A stretch of DNA of 64,000 bases, taken from positions 1,759 to 65,758 of the forward strand of contig CAMCFA010000006.1 in NCBI GenBank assembly GCA_945873955.1. Direction: 5' to 3'. Positions 55,541 to 64,000 of this stretch are shown piece by piece. A program made the position numbers and the translations under genes. A model generated the notes under the pieces. It was not told the DNA's origin, made no database searches, and saw only the letters and a program-made list of their open reading frames with translations. Positions within the stretch are counted from its first letter, which is position 1, and every line of letters starts with the position of its first letter. Source of the stretch: an uncultured Clostridia bacterium. GTDB lineage: Bacteria; Bacillota; Clostridia; Oscillospirales; Ruminococcaceae.

Positions 55541-57739
55541 ATGCCTATAATCTACGACGAAAAAAAGCATGTGTTCAAGCTGGACAGCCCGAACACAACC
55601 TACGCGTTTCATGTGACCAACTCCGGACATCTGCTGCACCTGTACTACGGCGCTTATATCCCGGAGACCGACATCACCCACATGCTGCGCATACCGAACG
55701 ACGAGCCGTTCGTACCTGCGACCCACGACGGCATGGGGCCGCACAGCTTCGACTGCGCCCCGCTTGAATTCCCCACCAGCGGCGTTGCGGACTTCCGCGA
55801 GCCCTGCATGCAGCTTATGGACAAGTACGGCATGAGCGCCTGCGAGTGCTATTACGACAGCTACAAGATATATAAGGGCAAGAAAAAACTGGAGGGGCTT
55901 CCCGCCACCTACGCAAACAGCGACGACGAGGTCACCAGCCTTGAGGTATACTGCAAAGACCCGCACAACGGACTGGAGATAACCCTGCAATACAGCGTTT
56001 TTGAGAAGCTGGACGTTATCACCCGTTCCGTAAAGGTGAAGAACGGCGGAGCAGACCCGATAGAGCTGCGCCGGCTGCTGTCCACCTGCGTGGAGCTGGA
56101 CAGCAAGGATTACGACATGATAACCCTCTACGGCACATGGGCGAGGGAGCGCCACGTTCAGCGCAATCCGCTGCACTTCGGCAAGCAGCTTGTGGACTCC
56201 TGCCGCGGCTCTACCAGCCACGCGCACAATAACTTCATAGCCATTGTGGATCACAAGGCGACCGAGGACTACGGCGACTGCTACGGCTTCGCGCTGTGCT
56301 ACTCCGGCAGCTTCGTGGCGGGGTGCGAGGTAAATCAGTACGAAAAGACCCGTGTTTTCAGCGGAATTAATCCCTATGACTTCTCGTGGCACCTTGATCT
56401 TGGTGAGGAATTCCAAGCGCCGGAGGTAATCATGGTGTTCTCGGCGCAGGGCTTAGGCACTATGAGCCGCACCTTCCACGACGTAATGCGCAGCAACCTC
56501 ACCCGCGGCAAGTGGAAGGATATCCGCCGCCCGATACTCATAAACAACTGGGAGGCTACCTACTTCAACTTCGACACCGATAAGCTGCTTGATATCGCGC
56601 GGGAGTCCGCAAAAGCCGGGATAGAAATGCTGGTAATGGACGACGGCTGGTTCGGACACCGGAACGACGACAAGTCCAGCCTCGGCGACTGGTTCGTGAA
56701 TGAGGACAAGATAAAGGGCGGTCTGAAATATCTTGTTGACGAGGTAAACAAGCTGGGTCTGAAATTCGGTATCTGGTTTGAGCCGGAGATGATCTCCCCG
56801 GACAGCGAACTGTACAAGGCGCACCCGGACTGGTGCATACATATCCCCGGACGTCCCCGCACCACCTGCCGTTCGCAGCTTGTTATCGACTTCTCCCGCA
56901 AGGACGTGCGCGACTACATCTACGACCAGATGTACAAGATACTGTCCTCGGCGAATATCGAATACGTCAAGTGGGACATGAACCGCCAGCTCTGCGAGGT
57001 CGGAAACGAAGTACTGCCCCCGGAGCGCCAGCGGGAGATATGGCACAGATATGTCCTCGGCGTGTATGAGATACAAGAGCGGCTGCTCACCGACTTCCCC
57101 GACCTGCTGCTGGAAAACTGCGCAGGCGGCGGATCGCGGTTCGACGCGGGTATGCTTTATTATTCACCGCAGATTTGGTGCTCCGACGACACCGACGCTA
57201 TCGAGCGGCTGAAGATACAGTACGGCACTTCACTTTGCTACCCCTGCTCCTGCTTCGGCGCGCATGTTTCGGACAGCCCGAATCACTGCGTAGGCAGGAT
57301 AACCCCGTTCAAGACCCGCGGTCATGTCGCAATGGTGGGAACGTTCGGATACGAGCTGGACATCACCAAGATATCCGACGACGACAAGTGGGAGATCAGA
57401 AAGCAGATCGAGGAATTCAACAAATACAACCCGCTGGTGCGCACCGGCGACCAGTACCGCATAGGCAATCCCTTTGACAACGACCGCTTTGACGCGTGGG
57501 AATTCGTCGCGAAGGACAAGAGCGAAGCGCTGCTGGAATATGTTCAGGTGCTGAAAGAGCCGAGCGTGTTCCTGCACAGGGTGCGTCTGATGGGTCTGGA
57601 AAAGGGCTGCTGGTATCAGCATGAGGAGACCGGCAGAGTTTACAGCGCCGAGGTGCTGATGAACAGCGGCTTTGACATTCCGTCGCTTTGGGGCGACTTC
57701 CAGAGCTATATCGCGCACTTCATCAAGGTGGAAAGATGA
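55541..57739 (+). CDS. GH36 alpha-galactosidase
   Basis: 732 aa. YVKWDMNRQL and ENCAGGGSRFD motifs. Confidence 0.9.
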   Translation: MPIIYDEKKHVFKLDSPNTTYAFHVTNSGHLLHLYYGAYIPETDITHMLRIPNDEPFVPATHDGMGPHSFDCAPLEFPTSGVADFREPCMQLMDKYGMSACECYYDSYKIYKGKKKLEGLPATYANSDDEVTSLEVYCKDPHNGLEITLQYSVFEKLDVITRSVKVKNGGADPIELRRLLSTCVELDSKDYDMITLYGTWARERHVQRNPLHFGKQLVDSCRGSTSHAHNNFIAIVDHKATEDYGDCYGFALCYSGSFVAGCEVNQYEKTRVFSGINPYDFSWHLDLGEEFQAPEVIMVFSAQGLGTMSRTFHDVMRSNLTRGKWKDIRRPILINNWEATYFNFDTDKLLDIARESAKAGIEMLVMDDGWFGHRNDDKSSLGDWFVNEDKIKGGLKYLVDEVNKLGLKFGIWFEPEMISPDSELYKAHPDWCIHIPGRPRTTCRSQLVIDFSRKDVRDYIYDQMYKILSSANIEYVKWDMNRQLCEVGNEVLPPERQREIWHRYVLGVYEIQERLLTDFPDLLLENCAGGGSRFDAGMLYYSPQIWCSDDTDAIERLKIQYGTSLCYPCSCFGAHVSDSPNHCVGRITPFKTRGHVAMVGTFGYELDITKISDDDKWEIRKQIEEFNKYNPLVRTGDQYRIGNPFDNDRFDAWEFVAKDKSEALLEYVQVLKEPSVFLHRVRLMGLEKGCWYQHEETGRVYSAEVLMNSGFDIPSLWGDFQSYIAHFIKVER

Positions 57740-57761
57740 TCGTATCTTTTGGGAGTGATTC

Positions 57762-58133
57762 ATAATAAAAAGGCTGAAAATATTCATTGCATTACTCATC
57801 ACCTGCGTATTATGCACCGGCTGTAAAGACGCGACCGGCTCTCTTGACAGCAAGGAGAAAGAATCGCTGATGAGCTTTCTGGTAAGCGGGGATTATATCG
57901 ACGAGGAAGCGACCCTTTCCACCGACGGAATAGGCGAGGGCGAGCTTTTCGACTTCTACTGCGACGTAACGGTGGACGGCAGCCCCTGCAAAATGAACGT
58001 TCAGATGAACCGCAGGAAAGAAGCATTCCGCGTTTTCCGGATAACCATAAAAGATACGGAAAGCAATACGGTAAACAAGTTTGAGGTAAGCATAGACAGA
58101 AAGACCGCGGCTGTGTTGCTCTTTGAGGAATAA
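57762..58133 (+). CDS. Small lipoprotein whose signal peptide lacks a canonical start codon
   Basis: ORF-track 57870..58133. The frame is open back to 57759 and encodes IIKRLKIFIALLITCVLCTGC (n-region, h-region, lipobox-like LCTGC). GGGAG lies 6 nt before ATA 57762. No ATG/GTG/TTG is available. Confidence 0.45.
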   Translation: MIKRLKIFIALLITCVLCTGCKDATGSLDSKEKESLMSFLVSGDYIDEEATLSTDGIGEGELFDFYCDVTVDGSPCKMNVQMNRRKEAFRVFRITIKDTESNTVNKFEVSIDRKTAAVLLFEE

Positions 58134-58159
58134 CGCCACGGCGATCAGGTAGGTGCGCC

Positions 58160-60736
58160 ATGTCTGAGAACAAGGTTTTTCTCCCCCGCCGCATATCCAA
58201 GACCCTCCGTGAGATCTACCGCCGGAGGATCACGGTAGTCTGCGCTCCCGACGGCACCGGAAAGACCACCCTCCTGCGGGAGTTCACCCGGCGGGCACGC
58301 CCGGAGGGCATTTCGCTGCGTATCATACGTTCCGCGAAAAGCTCCGGGGAGTGCTTCGCGCAGATAAGCGGACTCATCACCGGCGAGGAGCTTGACGAGC
58401 CGCTCACCGACCGCGAATTCGCCGCGCTGAACACGAGATTCAGCGCCGCCGCGCCAAAAAAGCCGCTGGTGATCATCGTGGACTGTGCAGCCGCCTGCCA
58501 GACGCTGTTCGGGAATCTGCGCACCGCACAGCTGCTTTCACAATGCAGCTGTGCGAGGTTCGTGTTTGTATGCGCCTCAATAAAGCCGGGCTACCGCCTG
58601 CTGGCGAAAAGCATGGATATCCTGATCATAGAACGCGAGCAGCTATGCATGAGCATCAACGAAACCGCCGAATTCATTGAGCGCTGCGGAGTATCCGCAA
58701 GCCCCGCCGAGGTTTACGCTGCCTCCGGCGGCGGTTTTCTCAACGCGCGGCTGTGCCTTATTCTGGCGCGGCAGGGGCAGGAGTTCGCGAATCTCACCAC
58801 CGAGGGGCGAATTATCCGGGCGCTTTTCGGCAATGTGCAGCGCCCCTCGCCGGACTCCCTGTGGCTGCAAGGGGCGCTTATCGCGGCGGCGACATATCCT
58901 GTGCAGTCGGAGCAGTTCTGCCGCGACCTGCGCTCTTTCAGACCGATAACCGAGTTCTTCGGCGCTGAGCTTTTCACCCCGGAAAATATCCTTAACGAAA
59001 TTGCAAAGCTGAACGAGATAGTCCCGCTTGCCGAGATAAACCGCCGCAGCCGTGAGATAAAGATACACCCGCTGCTCATGCATGCGGCGTACACGCTGTT
59101 TTTCCAGTTCCCGGAGAATGTCCGGCACGACATGCGTATCTGCTTTGCGCGGGAATACCTGCGCCGGGGGCAGCATTTTTTCAGCTTCTGCGAGTACTTT
59201 CTGGCGGGCGAATACGAGCTTGCCGCCGGGGTTCGCGTCCGGGAAACGATCTCCTACTCAATGCTGGTGAGATCCAGCCACCTGCTGCAAAGATTCGTGA
59301 CCGGCTGCCCGCTGGACTGCAAGCCCATTATACCGCGGCTGCTGAGGATAACTGCGCTGCTTATGCACACCGACGCAAAGCCGCTGCTTGCCGGAAAGTT
59401 CCCGGAGATAACCACGCACATTGCCGCCTCCCCGGATTACGACTCCGCCGAGCGCAGGGTGCTCATCAGCTACGCCCACGCGCTGCGCACAAACGAGAAT
59501 TTCTACGTCCTTGACAAAATGGGCGAAAGCATAAAGCGCGCCTACGACCTGTTTAAAAGCGGTCAGCGGTATGAGTCCCCGTCCTTCCCGTGGACGCTGT
59601 ACTCTCCGTCGGTATTCTGCCTGCTGCACCGCCGGGGGTATTCGCTCCAGACGGAAAACGATCAGTTCATACGCTATCAGCACATGTACACCGAAATGCT
59701 GGGTCACGGCAGGTACGCGCAGCTTGTGTTCACCGGGGAAATGCACTATTTTCAAGGCGACCTTTCCGGCGGTCTGGAGAGGCTGTCCGCTGCGGTTTCC
59801 CTCTGCTCCGGCGGGAACGACGCCGCAATGAAGCTGGCGGCGCTGTTCTCAGCGGCGAAATGCTGCTTGTATCTGGGTGAATATCTGCGTTTCTTCGACC
59901 TGCTGGAGGAGATACACAGTATCGAACGCTCTCATATCGAGCAGGAGAACGGCGACTGCGCAAAGCTCTGTCTGGGAATGCTCCGCGCAATGCGGGGCGG
60001 CGGCATAGAGGACATGTGGTTCGCCCTCACCGCTGAGGAAAACGACATCATCTACAACCGCTACACAGCGCCGTATTTTGCAATGACAAGGGCGTTCTCC
60101 ATGCTTGCCAGAGGGGAGAACGACAAGCTGGCGGACTGCTGCGAGGATTACATAAGGCTTGCCGAGGCTGCCGGTAACGAAGCCGCCGGTATCAAGCTGC
60201 GGCTGTACGGCGCGCAGGCGTTTCTGACTCTGGGCGACCACGATACTGCGATACGGGTGTTCAGCGAGGCTTTGGTGTCCGCAAGGGAGAACTCCACCCC
60301 GACCGTCCCGGCGGAGTTCTTTGCCATGTACCCGGACATTTTCACGCAGCTTTACCCGCTGGTTTCTGAGCCGCTGCGAGCGGACATAGACCGCATATCA
60401 GAAATGGGTTCTAAGCTGCGGCGGGGCGTGGAAGCGGTGCGCACCTACGAGATAACCTACCTTTACAACACGCGGTTGGAAAACTACGCTGAACATTATC
60501 TTGTGCCGCTGAACCGGCTCATGGACTCCACGGACGAGCTGCGGAGGTCTTTGGGACTTACACGGGCGGCATACTCCTACGCTATAATGGCGTCTTCGGG
60601 AGTGTCCAACGCTGAGATAAGCAACCTTTTCGGGGTCAGCAAGGACAGCATAAAAAGCAGCCTAAAACGCACCTGCGCCTCCGTTGGCGCGAAAAACCGC
60701 CGGGAGCTTATCGGGAAGATTCCTACCATGAAATAA
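58160..60736 (+). CDS. Large ATP-binding LuxR-family regulator (MalT/LAL-like STAND)
   Basis: 858 aa. Walker A APDGTGKTTLL, Walker B LVIIVDCA, helical repeat middle, C-terminal LuxR HTH (NAEISNLFGVSKDSIKSSLKR). Confidence 0.8.
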   Translation: MSENKVFLPRRISKTLREIYRRRITVVCAPDGTGKTTLLREFTRRARPEGISLRIIRSAKSSGECFAQISGLITGEELDEPLTDREFAALNTRFSAAAPKKPLVIIVDCAAACQTLFGNLRTAQLLSQCSCARFVFVCASIKPGYRLLAKSMDILIIEREQLCMSINETAEFIERCGVSASPAEVYAASGGGFLNARLCLILARQGQEFANLTTEGRIIRALFGNVQRPSPDSLWLQGALIAAATYPVQSEQFCRDLRSFRPITEFFGAELFTPENILNEIAKLNEIVPLAEINRRSREIKIHPLLMHAAYTLFFQFPENVRHDMRICFAREYLRRGQHFFSFCEYFLAGEYELAAGVRVRETISYSMLVRSSHLLQRFVTGCPLDCKPIIPRLLRITALLMHTDAKPLLAGKFPEITTHIAASPDYDSAERRVLISYAHALRTNENFYVLDKMGESIKRAYDLFKSGQRYESPSFPWTLYSPSVFCLLHRRGYSLQTENDQFIRYQHMYTEMLGHGRYAQLVFTGEMHYFQGDLSGGLERLSAAVSLCSGGNDAAMKLAALFSAAKCCLYLGEYLRFFDLLEEIHSIERSHIEQENGDCAKLCLGMLRAMRGGGIEDMWFALTAEENDIIYNRYTAPYFAMTRAFSMLARGENDKLADCCEDYIRLAEAAGNEAAGIKLRLYGAQAFLTLGDHDTAIRVFSEALVSARENSTPTVPAEFFAMYPDIFTQLYPLVSEPLRADIDRISEMGSKLRRGVEAVRTYEITYLYNTRLENYAEHYLVPLNRLMDSTDELRRSLGLTRAAYSYAIMASSGVSNAEISNLFGVSKDSIKSSLKRTCASVGAKNRRELIGKIPTMK

Positions 60737-60767
60737 AAACGGCTGCCTGCGTAACTGCAAGCAGCCG
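60735..60767. terminator. Hairpin terminator between convergent genes
   Basis: Stem cggctgc / gcagccg. T-run on the minus strand. Confidence 0.6.
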
Positions 60768-60787
60768 ATTCTTATGCTTTACTTAAT

Positions 60788-63499
60788 TCAGTTCAGTTCC
60801 TCTGGATCAGCCTTTTCCTCCGCCTCTTTGAGGCGCTTTTCGTCCAGACGGCTGAGGAAATCATTTCCGACGATCATTGCCGCCAGACAGATAAGCCCTA
60901 TGCCGGTGAGGATAAGCCCGGTGCTAAGCCCCGCGGGGTAGAAATCCAGCACGATAGTGTGCTTGCCGGCGGTGACAGGAACGGTTATCAGCGAGTCGGA
61001 AAGGCAGGTCTTCCAGTTGACGTACTCGCCGTCTATCTTAACCGTCCAGCCCTCCTCGGCGGGAATGGTGGTGAACAGTGCGCAGTCCTCGGCGGCGTCC
61101 ACGGTAAGCTCCAGCGTACAGCCGCCGGTGCGGGTAAGCGTCGTGGAGGAATTCAGCTCCTGCATTGTGCTGTTGAAGCGCTGGAGAGCCGCCTCGTCAA
61201 TGTAATAGAACCACGCATTGGTGAAGTACACCGCCTCGTCCAGCAGCTTTAATTTCACCGTGAACTCCTCGCCCTTCTGGTATGTTCCGAGGTACTCTAT
61301 GCTGTAATTCTCATACAGGAAGTAGTTGCCGCGGTAGATACCATTCACGAAAAGCTGGGTCTCCCGCTCGTATTTCGTCGGGAGATACATGTAGACAGGA
61401 CCGTCAGCCTGCGCCGTCACGGTGTATTCTATCCACGCGTCAGCGTCCTTGTCGGACTTTCGGTAGCTGTAATGCGCGTCGGTGGTTGAACCTATGCGTA
61501 TATTCTCGCTGTCGAACTCCACGTCGTCTATCGCCTTGAATACCGCCGTACCCTTGTTGCCGGAAAGCATAGACGCCAGCTTGTTCTGCGCCGTGAACGG
61601 CGAATACTCGTTGAGGTCATAGCCGATTATGCCGCTGTCCGCAAGGTACGCGATACCCAGCTCGTCTGAGTTCTTGTAAACCTTTATCGCCGTGTCCGTT
61701 TCCACCGGAACAGTTTCGGTATACGGGACGGTCTTTGGGTCGGTGGCGAACACATATCTCACGCCGAAAATGTCGTCGGTGAGCATTGTCGCGCCGTCGT
61801 ATCTCGTGTAATGCTCACGCCCCGCGAACCCAAGGGATTTCAGCAGTTCTATCGCCTTCGCGTTGAGCGTGCTGGAGCTGTGGCTCATGCCGTACATGCG
61901 CAGCGCTATCGGGTCGTTCACGCAGCGGTGGAACGTCTTTTCCATGCGGTAGAACTCCGGATCCTGCTCGTGTATCTGGTCGGTGACTTCACGGGTCAGC
62001 GGAATGTCCCAGCGGTAGCTTTCACGGGTGGAGAAAATTATGTCGTCGTGCATTTGATACAGCGACTGGGCGGTATTCAGCCCCACCTCCGCGCAGACGA
62101 ATGCGGTCAGTGCGATACACACCGGCTTTTTCAAGCCGTACTTTCGGTACACCCACGCAAGTATCATCACCGCCGCAAGTATCACCATCGGAACCGCAAC
62201 AGTCAGCACCGGCTCATACTTCCAGCTATCGTTGTTGAGGTCAACGTAAAGCAGCATTGCCAGCAGCACCATGAACGCCGTGCCGAAGCTGCGTCCCTGC
62301 ACATTTTTCAGCTTGTCGAAGGTCTGCGCGCCGAACACGATCAGCAGGAAGCTGATCATGAACGAATAGCGGTTAGGCAGCCAGTTAGGCATCTGCCCGC
62401 CGTGCCACAGCATGTCCACCGGGCGGATATACATGCACAGCACCATGAATCCGGTGAAAACCGCGCTTGAAATACGCTCGCGGGCGGTGAAGCGGCGGCA
62501 GGTGAAGTACATTACCGCGCACACCAGCGCCAGCGTTCCGCAGTACAGGACAGGCATTCCCTCCATGCGCACCGTGTCGTACTCCGTTGGGAACAGCTTG
62601 ATGAAAATATCCGCGATATCAAAGTTCTCCGCCAGTGAATAGTCCGGCTCCGAGAACGCGAATTTACCGTTGGAAAGCGACTTGTACACCGGCAGTATCA
62701 TGAAGCCGGACATCAGTATCGCAGTGACCGACCCCGCCCCGAACATGATGATCGTGCCGCAGTATTCCCCGAAGCACTTGTTTTTGCTCCTGCCCGAAGC
62801 GAGATACCACAGGAAATACAGCGCCGAGAAAATACCTATCATGTAGCCGATATAGAAATTCGCCACGAAAATATACACCAGCGACAGCACATACATCATG
62901 AATTTCCGCTTGTCGCAGATCTTCTCAATACCCGCGGCAACAAGCGGCAGAGCCACGATACCGTCCAGCCACATGGGGTTCATGGTCTGCACCACGAAGA
63001 ACCCGCACAGCGCCCACATCACCGAAAAGGAAACGGAGGTCGTCCTGCCGCAGCCGCGGTGTCTGCGCAGGAAATACGCGCAGCTAAGCCCGGAAGCTCC
63101 CGCCTTTGCGAGTATCATGGTCATAAGTCCCTCGGTGATCCACTCCCGCGGGAACAGCCATACCAGCAGATTGAACGGGCTGGCTAGGTAATACCCGATT
63201 ATCCCCATAAACTCCCCGGAGAGGTTTCTGCTCCAACTGTAAAAAAGGCTCTCTTTCCCGGCGAAAACGTCGTACATGTAGTCGTAGTAGTACACATACT
63301 GCGCATTCAGATCGAGGGAAAGCACCGAGCGCTCCCCGAAGGGCCACACCTGAAATATTATGTAGGATATGAACAGTATCGCCGGGGGCAGCAGAAATGA
63401 CAGCCAGTACACCCGACTGTCCGCAATTATTTTTCCTGTTTTCCTTAGTATATTCAAAGCTCTGCTGCCTGCCGGCACAGAGCCGCTGTTATTCTCCAT
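60788..63499 (-). CDS. yfhO: YfhO-family polytopic membrane glycosyltransferase
   Basis: 903 aa. About 13 N-terminal TM segments, a large extracytoplasmic domain and a C-terminal TM. Immediately downstream of a GT2 gene (TAAATG junction). Confidence 0.8.
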   Translation of the reverse strand: MENNSGSVPAGSRALNILRKTGKIIADSRVYWLSFLLPPAILFISYIIFQVWPFGERSVLSLDLNAQYVYYYDYMYDVFAGKESLFYSWSRNLSGEFMGIIGYYLASPFNLLVWLFPREWITEGLMTMILAKAGASGLSCAYFLRRHRGCGRTTSVSFSVMWALCGFFVVQTMNPMWLDGIVALPLVAAGIEKICDKRKFMMYVLSLVYIFVANFYIGYMIGIFSALYFLWYLASGRSKNKCFGEYCGTIIMFGAGSVTAILMSGFMILPVYKSLSNGKFAFSEPDYSLAENFDIADIFIKLFPTEYDTVRMEGMPVLYCGTLALVCAVMYFTCRRFTARERISSAVFTGFMVLCMYIRPVDMLWHGGQMPNWLPNRYSFMISFLLIVFGAQTFDKLKNVQGRSFGTAFMVLLAMLLYVDLNNDSWKYEPVLTVAVPMVILAAVMILAWVYRKYGLKKPVCIALTAFVCAEVGLNTAQSLYQMHDDIIFSTRESYRWDIPLTREVTDQIHEQDPEFYRMEKTFHRCVNDPIALRMYGMSHSSSTLNAKAIELLKSLGFAGREHYTRYDGATMLTDDIFGVRYVFATDPKTVPYTETVPVETDTAIKVYKNSDELGIAYLADSGIIGYDLNEYSPFTAQNKLASMLSGNKGTAVFKAIDDVEFDSENIRIGSTTDAHYSYRKSDKDADAWIEYTVTAQADGPVYMYLPTKYERETQLFVNGIYRGNYFLYENYSIEYLGTYQKGEEFTVKLKLLDEAVYFTNAWFYYIDEAALQRFNSTMQELNSSTTLTRTGGCTLELTVDAAEDCALFTTIPAEEGWTVKIDGEYVNWKTCLSDSLITVPVTAGKHTIVLDFYPAGLSTGLILTGIGLICLAAMIVGNDFLSRLDEKRLKEAEEKADPEELN

Positions 63500-64000
63500 T
63501 TACGCTTCCTTTCCCCCGGATTTCCCCGTGGTGCGGGAGATTATATATCTTGGGCGCTGCTTGATTTCTTCATATATCTTCGACAGATAATAGCCTATCA
63601 CGCCGATACCCACCATTACGCACGCGCCGGTGATTAGTATCAGCAGAATGACCGTGGAGAAGCCCTCCGCCGCCGTACCGCAGAAGTACTTAACCAGCGT
63701 CTGTATGCCGAGGATAAGCGCCAATACGCCGAACAGCACTCCCACCCATGTGATAAGGTGTATCGGCAGATTCGTGAACGAGGTTATGTTATTAACCGCG
63801 AACCGGAACAGGCTTTTCATGCTGAATTTGCTTTTCCCGGCGGCGCGGGGCTGCACGTCGAACTCCACCCGCTCTGTGGTGAAGCCCACCCAGCTGGACA
63901 GCGCCCGGAAGAACGTAATGCGCTCCGGAAGCTCGTTCAGCGCGTTTATCACCTTTCTGTCCATCAGCTTGAAGTCGCTTGCGCCGTCAAGATTTATCCC
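63500..64000 (-). CDS. GT2 polyprenyl-phosphate glycosyltransferase (GtrB/CsbB-like), C-terminal part; the gene continues beyond the window
   Basis: The frame is open to the window edge (...GASDFKLMDRKVINAL...). Two C-terminal TM helices typical of GtrB/CsbB. Confidence 0.8.
   Translation of the reverse strand, partial: GINLDGASDFKLMDRKVINALNELPERITFFRALSSWVGFTTERVEFDVQPRAAGKSKFSMKSLFRFAVNNITSFTNLPIHLITWVGVLFGVLALILGIQTLVKYFCGTAAEGFSTVILLILITGACVMVGIGVIGYYLSKIYEEIKQRPRYIISRTTGKSGGKEA

Noticed and set aside
1-64000. Prophage, integrative element or defence island
   Set aside because: I found no integrase, transposase, recombinase, phage structural gene, restriction-modification system, toxin-antitoxin pair or known defence-system gene. 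The only compositional outlier is the single-gene GNAT islet.

Overview
High-GC (~58-60%) chromosomal segment that looks like a sporulating Clostridia (Oscillospiraceae/Ruminococcaceae-like) genome, mostly housekeeping and mostly on the minus strand. Genes I recognise: a compact pilC / four small membrane proteins / pilT operon; an envelope cluster (transglutaminase-like lipoprotein, 1164-aa FN3-Big2-CapA protein with two tandem uncharacterised modules, 566-aa unknown, divergent CotH lipoprotein); rpsB-tsf; GH31 and GH36 glycosidases; tRNA-Ser(GCU); dut-nrdDG; rpiB-upp; TerD; tsaB-tsaE-fhs; a divergent type IIA topoisomerase B/A pair; a c-di-GMP module (AraC-HTH::GGDEF plus degenerate-GGDEF/EAL); recO-era-trmD-rimM-hisS; dapL; a T-box(Trp)-controlled trpEGDCF-hydrolase-trpBA operon; a MalT-like LuxR regulator; and yfhO plus a GT2 gene. 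I found no rRNA, CRISPR array, transposase, integrase or recognisable defence system. The most unusual signal is non-coding. A 160-191-nt multi-hairpin repeat family occurs four times in the same orientation, with compensatory stem substitutions and a covarying long-range helix. At least four other long nested palindromes fill intergenic spacers, including the rpsB leader. Other oddities are a P-loop gene split at a T6 run with a UUU-UGA-C context, a membrane gene with an in-frame TAG, a lipoprotein ORF without a canonical start, a G8 tract serving as the RBS of the AraC-GGDEF gene, and a low-GC GNAT islet. All functional calls rest on motif recognition by eye. No searches were run.
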